The notes under the pieces: generated by a model
Told to the model about the DNA's origin: nothing
Databases searched by the model: none
Seen by the model: only the letters and a program-made list of their open reading frames with translations
Virus record (IMG/VR): IMGVR_UViG_3300027782_000029
Coordinates: 96,001 to 160,000 of that record
Reading direction: 5' to 3' (one strand)
DNA from: a virus
Taxonomy: Duplodnaviria > Caudoviricetes
DNA: 64,000 nucleotides
Position numbers and translations under genes: made by a program
Shown here: in pieces, positions 1 through 8,958 of the stretch
How the letters are laid out: each line of letters opens with the position of its first letter
Position numbering within the stretch: position 1 is the first letter of the stretch

Positions 1-1028
1 TATTTTTTCCTGGAGTTCGATACTTGTCTCATGGTCTAGTCGTATTTGAACGTCCTCCTTCCTATAAGGTTATTAATGTAAGTCAAGACGGCAAAGATAG
101 TATTGACGAAGATACTCTTCAAGTTGAATATTATCTACCTATTCCTTGGCAAGTTTATATCGCAATGTACAATCCAAAAGATATGCGTTTAACTTCTGTA
201 AGAATGTACTTTACTAAGACTTCTTTGTTTGACAAAAACCAAACAGTTTATGCTCCTCCAATCTTTAACTTCTTTGGTAGTGGTGCACTTTGTAGACCTT
301 TCTTTGAGAGTATTGATGATATTGAAAAGTATCCAAGAAGTATTTCTGGAGTTATGGCTTCTGCTTATGACTGGGTTTGGAATAGTGGATTTAACTTTGA
401 TATAACCGAGAACTTAGCAGAGATGATTTACACTAATAAGTATGAACAGTTTGAACAATACCTCAAGACCGATGCTTCTAAAGTTTCATATCAATTCTTA
501 AAAGATCATCCCATTAATCAGATAGGATCAAGCTTACATAGACGTCATTCTGGAGCTCTCTTGTCTGCTTGGGAACAGGTTCCTTTAGAGCATGTTTCTT
601 CTATCAATTGGACTAATTACAGCATTTCTGATTTTATGTTTCAAGAATTTGATTACACTAATATGCGAGATGAGTTCTTTGATCAATATATTCAAGATAA
701 TAATATAACTATAGCTGAAGAGTCAGAGTATGACTTTCATTGTGATAGCGGATGCGATTGTGAATGTAATGATCCCGACTGTTCATGCTGCGATGGTTGC
801 GGTTGTGAACCTGAAGATTCTTCATTGACTAGAGATAATCTTTACCGTTCATCTGCTTTTAAAAGATATATCATTGATAAGTCTAGAAATACTGAAAAGA
901 CTTTAGACTTAGCTATTTCTAAATCTATTGAATTTTTGAGAACAAATAGAATTGCTCAATCTCCTATTGCTCCTTCTTCTCTTAATTACCATATTGACAA
1001 TCTTCTAGATTCTCATTTTCCTGCTTGA
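1..1028 (+). CDS. Prokaryotic E2 (family D / PRTRC protein B)-like protein with a Cys-rich segment; 5'-truncated
   Basis: Frame is open from the window start. Motif LPIPWQVY...VYAPPIFNFFGSGALC resembles the Prok-E2_D YxAPFxN..G.vC signature. Contains CDSGCDCECNDPDCSCCDGCGCE. Confidence 0.55.
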   Translation, partial: FFPGVRYLSHGLVVFERPPSYKVINVSQDGKDSIDEDTLQVEYYLPIPWQVYIAMYNPKDMRLTSVRMYFTKTSLFDKNQTVYAPPIFNFFGSGALCRPFFESIDDIEKYPRSISGVMASAYDWVWNSGFNFDITENLAEMIYTNKYEQFEQYLKTDASKVSYQFLKDHPINQIGSSLHRRHSGALLSAWEQVPLEHVSSINWTNYSISDFMFQEFDYTNMRDEFFDQYIQDNNITIAEESEYDFHCDSGCDCECNDPDCSCCDGCGCEPEDSSLTRDNLYRSSAFKRYIIDKSRNTEKTLDLAISKSIEFLRTNRIAQSPIAPSSLNYHIDNLLDSHFPA

Positions 1029-1086
1029 TATTTCTTCTCCATTTTGGTAATATATACTTATATAAACTTTAAAAAAGGTATTTAAA

Positions 1087-1401
1087 ATGGCTAAAAACCT
1101 CAAATCTTCTCAACCTGTATTTAATAGATCAGAGGTTGCTAAGATACTAAACATTTCTACTTTAACTATTGCTAATAGGGAAAAGAATAAGAAATATCCA
1201 GAACCAAAAAGAGATTTAAATAATTATAGAATTTATACAATTAATGATCTTTTAAATCTTCAACTATTGACATACGATCATATTGATCCGAAACCTGTCA
1301 TATCTGTATTGTATGACAAGGGTTATAAAGACTCAAAGTTTTTAGCAGAAATTATAGACGACGCTTTGTCGAGTAGGGTAAATTCAAATGTCAAAAGATA
1401 A
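1087..1401 (+). CDS. MerR-family HTH DNA-binding protein
   Basis: FNRSEVAKILNISTLTIANREKNKKYPEPKRDLNNYRIYTINDL is a typical MerR HTH. Confidence 0.8.
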   Translation: MAKNLKSSQPVFNRSEVAKILNISTLTIANREKNKKYPEPKRDLNNYRIYTINDLLNLQLLTYDHIDPKPVISVLYDKGYKDSKFLAEIIDDALSSRVNSNVKR

Positions 1402-1630
1402 CTTATTTAATATTGACGAGCAACGAGAAACTCAAGACCCTGGTTTGGTCGACGAGATAAGTGACTACGTTTCTACTGATATCATAACAGACCTTAAGAC
1501 TGGAATATATAATCTATTCTTAAGTATGATTGATCACCTAATAGTGACACATGGTCCAGTAGAAGCTGTTAATATATCTACATCCTTCTTGGATGAAATA
1601 TCAAATACCTTTAAAAAAACAACTGAATAG
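1388..1630 (+). CDS. Hypothetical protein
   Basis: ORF coupled to its neighbours. Confidence 0.6.
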   Translation: MSKDNLFNIDEQRETQDPGLVDEISDYVSTDIITDLKTGIYNLFLSMIDHLIVTHGPVEAVNISTSFLDEISNTFKKTTE

Positions 1631-1646
1631 AAAGTAACAAAATAAA

Positions 1647-2081
1647 ATGATTGATCCACGTAATACAATTATATTATCTGCAGGACTCATTGCTGAGCCT
1701 GAACTGATAGCCAACGGCAACATAGCTAAGCTTCGTATTGCTGTAGACTATGCTGGCAGTGAAAAAGGAGCTGGACCATCCAGTGGTTACTTTGATGTAG
1801 TCTACTACCTTAAGGACGGTTCTGAGTTTTCTTCTAAAAATGCAATGTTCTTGTCCAAGCAGATTACTGAATCAAAGATGAAAAAAGGATCTCAGATTCA
1901 AATAGTTGGACGCTTGATTCAAGAGCGTTGGCAGCAAGATGGCGGAAATCGCTCTAAGGTTGTTATTGTAGCTGAAGCTGTAACATATGCTGGCTCTTCT
2001 TTCCAGAAGTCAGGTGACTCTTCTGCTCCAGCAACTGCAGCTAAGTCAGAATCTTCTTTCTCCGTTCCGGATGAATTCTGA
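1647..2081 (+). CDS. ssb: Single-stranded DNA-binding protein
   Basis: OB-fold pattern (LRIAVD...KKGSQIQIVGRLIQERWQ...RSKVVIVAE) and acidic C-terminal tail VPDEF. Confidence 0.9.
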   Translation: MIDPRNTIILSAGLIAEPELIANGNIAKLRIAVDYAGSEKGAGPSSGYFDVVYYLKDGSEFSSKNAMFLSKQITESKMKKGSQIQIVGRLIQERWQQDGGNRSKVVIVAEAVTYAGSSFQKSGDSSAPATAAKSESSFSVPDEF

Positions 2082-2823
2082 GTTTGATTCTTCTTTTGTA
2101 GATAAGCTAATAGAAGAAGCTTTAGACAATACCGTAAAGCCAGTTGATCGTACTTATGGTCAACTCGGCTTTATGGAGTCTGAAGTAGTGTCTTCCATTT
2201 TCAATGCTTTAGATTCCAAAATACCAAACGCTACCTTTTTACAGGTAGTTCAAGATGCGCGTATTTCTTCAATAGCTTCTTCTAACAATTTGAAGATAAC
2301 TGATTTACATACTGTTACTCATAATTGTAGAAAGTGTGCTTTTGCTAGCCAAACTCCTCTTCTACCAAAATGGAATGTTAATAACCCAGACATATTGTTC
2401 ATAGTTGAATCTTCTTCTATGGATCAACAAGCTTCTGCTTTGTTTGTTTCTACTTTGAAAGAATCTGGATTTACTTCAGATAAGGCTTGTCTTACTTATT
2501 TATTGCGTTGTCCTACTAAAGATATTCAACAGCAATACATAGACAATTGCGTTAACTATCTTCATAACGAGATACAGATTATGAACCCTAAGCTAATATG
2601 CACTGTTGGAGCTACTACTTTGTCTGCTCTCTTAGGCATTGATGCTAAAATTAAAGACTATAAGAATAAAATAACTTGGCTTGGGTCTTGGCCAATACTA
2701 CCACTATATTCTTTAAACTATGTATTAAAAGCCGGCGATTCGGCCATTCAGTCTTTTCAGGCTGATATGAAACAAGCGTACCAATTCTGTTATAAAAAGG
2801 CAGCACAAAATGACACAGACTGA
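2071..2823 (+). CDS. Uracil-DNA glycosylase family 4-like protein with degenerate catalytic motifs
   Basis: CRKC, LLRC, NC and IQIMNPKLICTVG match the UDG-4 layout. GEAPG and HP motifs are replaced. Start reassigned to ATG 2071. Confidence 0.7.
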   Translation: MNSEFDSSFVDKLIEEALDNTVKPVDRTYGQLGFMESEVVSSIFNALDSKIPNATFLQVVQDARISSIASSNNLKITDLHTVTHNCRKCAFASQTPLLPKWNVNNPDILFIVESSSMDQQASALFVSTLKESGFTSDKACLTYLLRCPTKDIQQQYIDNCVNYLHNEIQIMNPKLICTVGATTLSALLGIDAKIKDYKNKITWLGSWPILPLYSLNYVLKAGDSAIQSFQADMKQAYQFCYKKAAQNDTD

Positions 2824-3196
2824 TATTTGGTCAGATATATATATTGCAGATATTTCAGATGATGAAATGAATTCATTTAGGAATATTGTAATATCTGACA
2901 TAAAAGGACAAGCTTCAGAAGAAGATAAAACTATTTTAAATAATAATCTTCAAATCTGGAACTACAATCTTCAAGCTCTTCGCAGAGATATGGAGCTACA
3001 ACTAAGTTGTCAAAAAGCAAAGACTAAGATGCAGATTCGTAATCTCAATAATTCAGATTCAAATGAACTTGAAGAGATTAACAATTTTCTTATGGAACAA
3101 GAGAAATGGCGAATGTCCGCTTTGAAGTTTTTATCTAATATAGAAAAAAAATCATTGTACGTTAAGATAATGATTTCTCAAACTCCTATTGACTAG
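2810..3196 (+). CDS. Hypothetical coiled-coil protein
   Basis: ORF coupled to upstream gene. Confidence 0.6.
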   Translation: MTQTDIWSDIYIADISDDEMNSFRNIVISDIKGQASEEDKTILNNNLQIWNYNLQALRRDMELQLSCQKAKTKMQIRNLNNSDSNELEEINNFLMEQEKWRMSALKFLSNIEKKSLYVKIMISQTPID

Positions 3197-3223
3197 TATT
3201 CTTTTTATTGATAGGATGTATTT

Positions 3224-3667
3224 GTGCTGATAACTATTGAAAATTTTGATAAATTTCAACCTTCAATGTCTGAAGAAGAATCATATCATTTTTTAAAATT
3301 CTATCAAGGATACAAAAAGTGGTTTGTTTATAATTCAGATGAAGTAGGCGTAGAGCAAGCAACTGCATTAATAGATTTTTTCTCTCAGTTTCATGGAAAG
3401 ATCCCCTTTCCTAATAGTGTTTTAGAAAAAGAATCTTATTGGTCAAATACTCCACTAGGTATATTTAAATACAGAATGCTGGATGATGGATCTTATACTT
3501 TAGTTAATCACTACAAGAATATCTCTGGGTATTTAGTTCAAGGTTTGTATTGGCAGAATGGTTTCTTTTATTTTATAAAAGACGAAACAAAAATTATTCA
3601 ACTTAAACTTTTTGTTGATGAAAATACTTTTTACGAAAAACAATACCCTGATATACTATCTAGATAA
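3224..3667 (+). CDS. Hypothetical protein
   Basis: GTG start preceded by AGGA. Confidence 0.55.
   Translation: MLITIENFDKFQPSMSEEESYHFLKFYQGYKKWFVYNSDEVGVEQATALIDFFSQFHGKIPFPNSVLEKESYWSNTPLGIFKYRMLDDGSYTLVNHYKNISGYLVQGLYWQNGFFYFIKDETKIIQLKLFVDENTFYEKQYPDILSR
3649..3657 (+). promoter_or_regulatory. Extended -10 promoter TGATATACT upstream of tRNA-Arg
   Basis: TGn-TATACT about 22 nt before the tRNA; the same 9-mer precedes tRNA-Gly. Confidence 0.55.
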
Positions 3668-3679
3668 ATAAGACTTCTA

Positions 3680-3751
3680 GCCTCTATAGTTAAATGGATA
3701 TAACAAGAAACTTCTAATTTCTCGTTCTAGGTTCGATTCCTAGTGGAGGTA
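3680..3751 (+). tRNA. tRNA-Arg(UCU), CCA not encoded
   Basis: Cloverleaf: acceptor GCCTCTA/TGGAGGT, D-stem GTTA/TAAC, anticodon arm AGAAA-CTTCTAA-TTTCT, T-arm CTAGG-TTCGATT-CCTAG. Confidence 0.93.
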
Positions 3752-3800
3752 CTACATCTTCAAGAACCCGTATAAAAATCAATAACCAGAAAGAATTGAT

Positions 3801-4139
3801 ATGTCAAAAGAACATCCAGTTATACCAGTAGATAAAAAGGAACTAGTTGAAGTCTATATGGCTTTAGAAGTTACTGACTGCTATCATATGGATGAGCTTT
3901 TTATGGCTGTTGCTACTGTTCTTTCTTTGTTGCAGACTAAAAAAGTAAAACTTATTCATTCTGAAATTGAAATTATAGATCCTGAAACTGGTGAACTAAA
4001 GTATGCGAATCAACCTTTAATGACTTGTTCTCCTACTCTTCGTGGAACAGAAGATGTTGTTTGGGGTGTCAATCATCAAGGTCAAGTTCTTACTGAAGAC
4101 AATCTCGTTGCTTATGATGTTAAGGATGATTTTAAATGA
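3801..4139 (+). CDS. Hypothetical protein
   Basis: ORF track. Confidence 0.6.
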   Translation: MSKEHPVIPVDKKELVEVYMALEVTDCYHMDELFMAVATVLSLLQTKKVKLIHSEIEIIDPETGELKYANQPLMTCSPTLRGTEDVVWGVNHQGQVLTEDNLVAYDVKDDFK

Positions 4140-4399
4140 CAACTGTTCGGAAACCAATATACACTAACTCTCCACTAGATAGTTCTTTTATCATTAAAGT
4201 TTCTTGGTATGAAGATGCTGAAGTTTTAATGGTTACCTTTAACACAGGATCAATCTGGACATATAATGAAGTTCCATTTGAAATATATTCTGCTCTAGTA
4301 AAGGCACATTCTCATGGTAAATTCTTTAATGCAAACATTAGGAATATCTATAGTGGCAACCGTGTTGGTTACTTTATCCCTGATCTTTTGGAAGTTTAA
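4136..4399 (+). CDS. KTSC domain protein
   Basis: SSFI..V.W.E.AEVLMVTFNTGSIWTYNEVP.EIY..LV.A.SHGKFFNANIR. Confidence 0.85.
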   Translation: MTTVRKPIYTNSPLDSSFIIKVSWYEDAEVLMVTFNTGSIWTYNEVPFEIYSALVKAHSHGKFFNANIRNIYSGNRVGYFIPDLLEV

Positions 4400-4554
4400 T
4401 GTCTAGAAGAAATAAGAGAAACAAAAAGTCTACCAATAAGTACAACTACGATAATCCTCACTATCGTAGCTATAATAAAATTGCCACCCCTAAAGACGTC
4501 TCTCAGATAGCTTTTAAAGTATTTGGCTCTCTTTACTATACTCCTAATAAATAG
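4399..4554 (+). CDS. Small basic hypothetical protein (51 aa)
   Basis: Manually translated MSRRNKRNKKSTNKY...; ATG overlaps the upstream stop. Confidence 0.45.
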   Translation: MSRRNKRNKKSTNKYNYDNPHYRSYNKIATPKDVSQIAFKVFGSLYYTPNK

Positions 4555-4615
4555 TTGTATTCCTCTGTCATTTACGGTATAATATTTTATAATTTCATTC
4601 TGTAAAGGGCTTTAG

Positions 4616-5230
4616 ATGACTACAATTATTGCGATTCAGGGAGATGGTTTTGCAGCAGTTTCTGTAGACTCTAGAATCTCTACTATAGATGATGGCGGTT
4701 TTGCTTCACAGATCACAACACTAGGCCCTGGATCTTGCAAGGTTGCTAAGAATGGAAAGTACTTGTTGGGTGCTGCTGGAGACATGAGAGCAATTAACAT
4801 TCTTCATCATGCATTTCAACCACCTATTCCTCCACCGGGAACTAAAGGTTCTAAGTTAGATCAGTTTATAACTACTAAGTTTATACCTTCACTGCGTGCT
4901 TGTTTTGAGAATCAAGGCTATGCAGCTCCAGAAACAGACACCTCTTCTCATATAGCAGAACACGCTTCTACTATCCTTGTTGTAATCGATGGTTGTATTT
5001 ACGTTGTTGACGGAGACTACTCTTGGACCTCAGACAACAGTAGGGTATATGCTCTTGGTACTGGATCTTCTTATGCTCTTGGAGCAATGAGTGCTATTAT
5101 GTCTAATAAGTCAGAGATAAAACCTACTCAAGCAAAGACTATGACATTAAAAGCTTTAAAGATTGCTTCCACTTTTGATCCATACACTGGTGGACCATTC
5201 GTTACTTTTATACAAGAAGAAGAAAAATAA
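4616..5230 (+). CDS. Ntn-hydrolase, HslV/proteasome beta-like threonine protease
   Basis: N-terminal MTTIIA, DSR, K..K, GAAGD and ALGTGSSYALGA (GSG-like) motifs. Confidence 0.8.
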   Translation: MTTIIAIQGDGFAAVSVDSRISTIDDGGFASQITTLGPGSCKVAKNGKYLLGAAGDMRAINILHHAFQPPIPPPGTKGSKLDQFITTKFIPSLRACFENQGYAAPETDTSSHIAEHASTILVVIDGCIYVVDGDYSWTSDNSRVYALGTGSSYALGAMSAIMSNKSEIKPTQAKTMTLKALKIASTFDPYTGGPFVTFIQEEEK

Positions 5231-5243
5231 TTTAAGGAGTTTC

Positions 5244-5564
5244 ATGATATCTGCATCTTGGCCTATGCCAAAATCCTACACTGCTCCCGTAAAAGAAATT
5301 TCTGAACAAGATTCTAGAATCAAAACTGCTATAGATGATTTTCAGAAAAAAGGAAAGTTAAAAGATCTTTCTGAATCTGAAAAAACTTTTCTACAAGAAT
5401 GTCTTAGTCAAGCTATGAATGAATTAGCTTCAAAGATTTTAATTAAATCTCTTATTCAAAATGTTAAAGGTGATATTATTACTCATGATTTAGATGATGT
5501 TTATGCGCCACAAGGACAAATTCCTTTTCCTCAGCCTTCCCTTTTTGGTAATTCTTCCCTATGA
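5244..5564 (+). CDS. Hypothetical protein
   Basis: ATG 5244 with AAGGAG RBS. Confidence 0.6.
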   Translation: MISASWPMPKSYTAPVKEISEQDSRIKTAIDDFQKKGKLKDLSESEKTFLQECLSQAMNELASKILIKSLIQNVKGDIITHDLDDVYAPQGQIPFPQPSLFGNSSL

Positions 5565-5737
5565 ATATCAACGACCTTGAACCTACATGCATCATAGATG
5601 AAGACTGGAATCTTGACCTGTCTCACGGTCTAGACGCAGATTATCTTGTTACTGGAGAAGCTATAAAAATGTTAGTTGATCATATTAACTATATGCACGT
5701 TCTTATAGAGAATTGCCCAGGAGCTAAACATGACTGA
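5561..5737 (+). CDS. Small hypothetical protein (58 aa)
   Basis: Manually translated; overlaps flanking stop and start. Confidence 0.5.
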   Translation: MNINDLEPTCIIDEDWNLDLSHGLDADYLVTGEAIKMLVDHINYMHVLIENCPGAKHD

Positions 5738-5933
5738 TCCAGACAAGACCTCTATAGAGAATGATTTATTCTTAATGTTTAAAGCTAACTTGATGGATGT
5801 AACAATTCGTGAAGATGGGGAGTGGCTTTACTCTGCTAGTGAATATTCTAAAACTCTTACTCCTGAACAGCTTGACTATATCTTGGTAAATCTAGATAAC
5901 TATCAAGACTTTGGTAATTATGAATCAGATTGA
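5730..5933 (+). CDS. Hypothetical protein
   Basis: Part of a chain of coupled ORFs. Confidence 0.55.
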   Translation: MTDPDKTSIENDLFLMFKANLMDVTIREDGEWLYSASEYSKTLTPEQLDYILVNLDNYQDFGNYESD

Positions 5934-6111
5934 AAGACTTCGTAACGAAGCTGAAGAAGCATGGCAAAACATGGATGCTGCAGACTATAGATTGTGGTTT
6001 AGTGAATACGCTGAAGCAGGAAATCTAATCAGCGAGAACGCAAACACTTCATCTGAAAAAGAAGAAATGTTTATACAAGAGTACATAGAATATAACTTCG
6101 TTAAAGAATAG
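5920..6111 (+). CDS. Hypothetical acidic protein
   Basis: Part of a chain of coupled ORFs. Confidence 0.55.
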   Translation: MNQIERLRNEAEEAWQNMDAADYRLWFSEYAEAGNLISENANTSSEKEEMFIQEYIEYNFVKE

Positions 6112-6121
6112 CTTACACATT

Positions 6122-6304
6122 ATGACAGAGTCTCGAAAAAAACTATCTTCTAATTGGGGTCCTGAAATTGTAGTTCAATGCTGTCGTTACTGGAAGCTTC
6201 ACTGGGCAAACGGTACATGGGGTTCATGTGGAATTTGCCACAAAAAACCAACGTATGTTAATCTTACTTGGGATGACATAGATAAGGATCAAGCAGATGT
6301 CTGA
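6122..6304 (+). CDS. Small Cys/Trp-rich hypothetical protein
   Basis: CC...CGICH. Confidence 0.5.
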   Translation: MTESRKKLSSNWGPEIVVQCCRYWKLHWANGTWGSCGICHKKPTYVNLTWDDIDKDQADV

Positions 6305-6587
6305 AGAAATAGATATTGAAAAATTAATTGAAGATCGTGACAGATTTCGTGACGACTGGAAAGCAATGATTATTCAAATTGAAGACTTAACGCATGAGCG
6401 TAATAGATACAAAAAACTTGCTAAAGAGTTTTATCCTTACGTTGAAATGGAAGCTGCTCAAGCTACAATCTTGGGTCCTACTATTCATGATTGCGATCCT
6501 TCTTGTCCCGACTGTCAATGGTATAATTGGGGAATAAAATTTAAACAAAGAATACAGAATGGAGAATTCAATGAGATCAATAGCTAG
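6297..6587 (+). CDS. Hypothetical protein
   Basis: Coiled coil plus HDCDPSCPDC. Confidence 0.55.
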   Translation: MSEEIDIEKLIEDRDRFRDDWKAMIIQIEDLTHERNRYKKLAKEFYPYVEMEAAQATILGPTIHDCDPSCPDCQWYNWGIKFKQRIQNGEFNEINS

Positions 6588-7026
6588 AGCTTTGAACACC
6601 ATTGCACTTGCAATAAATAATCTTGCTAAGGCTTTAACGCCTCCTAAGGAACAGGTTACTACCTTTCCAGTTTCAAGTACTTTTACTACATCTTCTGGAA
6701 GTGCTGTTCCCAAGAATGTAAAGATTACATCTGTTTATCAAGGTAAAAATTACGCACAAGCAAAAGAAGCTATAGAAAAATATGAAAAAAATCAACAATC
6801 TCCTAAGATAGCTCATGTTCATAAAAACGAAAAGTTAGCACTTGATGCCGTATATAGCGCATTGACTGATAAAGGTAACCATCCAGATCATCATGATCAC
6901 ATCATGCGAGAGCTATCTACTAAATGGCCTGTATTGCACACAGCACTTAAGCAGTTGATTATTGCTCGCAAGGAATCTTACAATAATCCTTATTCAGAAA
7001 TCTGGAAAAAGAATAACGTATGGTAG
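6571..7026 (+). CDS. Hypothetical protein
   Basis: Part of a chain of coupled ORFs. Confidence 0.55.
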   Translation: MRSIARALNTIALAINNLAKALTPPKEQVTTFPVSSTFTTSSGSAVPKNVKITSVYQGKNYAQAKEAIEKYEKNQQSPKIAHVHKNEKLALDAVYSALTDKGNHPDHHDHIMRELSTKWPVLHTALKQLIIARKESYNNPYSEIWKKNNVW

Positions 7027-7214
7027 ATCATATAGAAATGCGCAATGCCATGAATAGGGCATTAGAAGAAGTGCATAATGATCACTGCAATGATTGCAAA
7101 AAACCGTTTACAGAAGGTTCTGGAGAATATGCAGAACTCATAACATTGGTAAAAATATACCGAATTTGGTATTGCGATAAATGTATAGTAAAACAAGAGG
7201 AACAAAATGACTAA
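7020..7214 (+). CDS. Small zinc-finger-like protein
   Basis: CNDC...CDKC. Confidence 0.5.
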   Translation: MVDHIEMRNAMNRALEEVHNDHCNDCKKPFTEGSGEYAELITLVKIYRIWYCDKCIVKQEEQND

Positions 7215-7470
7215 TTCAGATAAAGTAGCGTATCCCGTAGGACTTACTGTAAAAAACGTAAGAATGCTTACCAAAGAAGAGCTTAAGGCTGAAGGCTGGG
7301 AGCACTATTATGGTGGATACCCTGTTGCTATTGTATTTGACGATGATAGCATTATCTATGCGTCGTCTGATCCTGAAGGCAACAACGTAGGGTGTATGTT
7401 TGGAGTTACCTCAGATGGAGAGACAATTATAGTTTCTCCATTAGAAGATGCAGTTGTAGAGAACAAATAG
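7207..7470 (+). CDS. Hypothetical protein
   Basis: Part of a chain of coupled ORFs. Confidence 0.6.
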   Translation: MTNSDKVAYPVGLTVKNVRMLTKEELKAEGWEHYYGGYPVAIVFDDDSIIYASSDPEGNNVGCMFGVTSDGETIIVSPLEDAVVENK

Positions 7471-7497
7471 TTTTTAAAATTCCTATAGGGGGTAAAA

Positions 7498-7743
7498 ATG
7501 GGAAAAAAATTTATAGGCCCTTTTCCATTTTCAAAAATGAAATGTTTTTGGGAAAAATATAAAAAAGTTAAAGTTATAGTTAAGAGTACCTCTGGAGAAA
7601 AAATCTGTACAATCAGGTTTACGAAACAAGAATTTGATACTATACTTACAGCTGCTGGGCTGCAAGGTCAAACAGTAGAACAATTCTTTAAAACTATTAT
7701 TGAGGATCTGGTTAAAAATGAACAAGGAAAAGCTTACCTGTAG
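7498..7743 (+). CDS. Hypothetical protein, possible ribbon-helix-helix DNA binder
   Basis: TIRFTKQEFDTILTAAGLQGQTVEQF. Confidence 0.45.
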   Translation: MGKKFIGPFPFSKMKCFWEKYKKVKVIVKSTSGEKICTIRFTKQEFDTILTAAGLQGQTVEQFFKTIIEDLVKNEQGKAYL

Positions 7744-8038
7744 CAAGTGCAACAAGAAGTGGGAGAGAGTCTCTTCAAGAGGTAGAAAACCAAAGTTCTG
7801 TCCAAAGTGTGCAGTAGACTCTACTCCAGTACCTGTTCAAAAGGCCCCAGTGCCCTCTCAGAAGCCCTCTAAGGCCACAAAGCCTATTGAGTCAGCTATA
7901 GTGTACCCTGCTCCTTCTAAGTGGAACTGTAGCTCTTGCCATGCAAAGATAGAGGTTGGAGTTGGGATTAAAGAGGCACCTGTACACAAGTGTCCAAAAC
8001 GCGCAAATAGAGTTCTTGGTCTAGAATTAGTAGGGTAA
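7718..8038 (+). CDS. Zinc-finger protein
   Basis: CSKC...CPKC and CSSC...HKC. Confidence 0.55.
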   Translation: MNKEKLTCSKCNKKWERVSSRGRKPKFCPKCAVDSTPVPVQKAPVPSQKPSKATKPIESAIVYPAPSKWNCSSCHAKIEVGVGIKEAPVHKCPKRANRVLGLELVG

Positions 8039-8084
8039 TCTTCTTTTTTTAGTTCGTTCAAAAACAGTCTTTTTTTCTATATGA

Positions 8085-8105
8085 CCCCAAACCACAGATT
8101 TATCT
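8085..8105. repeat. 21-bp direct repeat, copy 1 (CCCCAAACCACAGATTTATCT)
   Basis: Identical to 8959-8979. Confidence 0.85.
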
Positions 8106-8912
8106 TACAGACCTCATAATCTTAAGCGCCTGTTCGAAGCCCTCTATCACCCTAGAAGTCATCTCCGGGGTTTGTACTCCAGTTCTTACTCCTGCCCTGT
8201 AAATTGGCTTAACGGCTCTTTCTGCTCTAGACAAAGCCCTTGTTCCCTGTTCTTCAGAAATTCCAAGACCCCTAACTACAGAAGCTTCTACAGAATCAAA
8301 GCCGGCTTTTTCTGGCTGTATACCTAATGGAACTCCAAATTGAATAGCTTTTCTTAAATTAGCACCACTGTCATCTAACATTGCAAGAAAATTAAATTCT
8401 CCTGAGACATCTTGCATCATCCTCATTTTAAGAATATCACTTGGAGTATCTTGCGCAGCTTGCGATAATCCTCTAAACATTAAATTATCTGTAGATATTC
8501 CCAAGTCTCCAAGTGTGCTTCTTACCATTTTTCTATTAGACTCATCTCTGGCCGTCATAATAACTGGATGTATGCCAGCACCTTGTAAACCTCTTACAAA
8601 ATCTACCATTTCCGATATTGGTTTTACATTGCTAGCTTCTTTTCTCCACGGAGCCCAATCTTTGGCAGTTAGAAAGCCTTTTTGTGGCTTAATTCTTTCG
8701 ATCAAGTCTTTTTCTATGGCCTTAGCTTCAGGGGTGGTACTCCATACTGTTTCGTCTAAGTCTAAGATAAAAGCTGGTCTTTTGCCGCTTCTTATTTTAC
8801 TGCTTCTTCTGGAAAGCAGAGTCTGCCTAGAAATATCGGACCCTTCACCAATACTTATTCTAGACCTATATCCACCTGGTCCAGTTAATCTTATTGATTC
8901 AGCCATAGTCAA
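8100..8912 (-). CDS. HAD-superfamily phosphatase (PNKP 3'-phosphatase / acid phosphatase-like)
   Basis: Motif I ILDLDET, motif II IMTAR, motif III K, motif IV MLDD. Confidence 0.75.
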   Translation of the reverse strand: MTMAESIRLTGPGGYRSRISIGEGSDISRQTLLSRRSSKIRSGKRPAFILDLDETVWSTTPEAKAIEKDLIERIKPQKGFLTAKDWAPWRKEASNVKPISEMVDFVRGLQGAGIHPVIMTARDESNRKMVRSTLGDLGISTDNLMFRGLSQAAQDTPSDILKMRMMQDVSGEFNFLAMLDDSGANLRKAIQFGVPLGIQPEKAGFDSVEASVVRGLGISEEQGTRALSRAERAVKPIYRAGVRTGVQTPEMTSRVIEGFEQALKIMRSVR

Positions 8913-8958
8913 TCCTTATTTTAAGATAATTATATAGTAACATTTTTAATTTTTAAAG

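Noticed and set aside
1987-2081. ssb/UDG overlap as a frameshifted fusion (CGG-ATG at 2068)
   Set aside because: SSB ends in a normal acidic tail. The CGG is in the UDG frame upstream of its likely ATG, so it would not be decoded.
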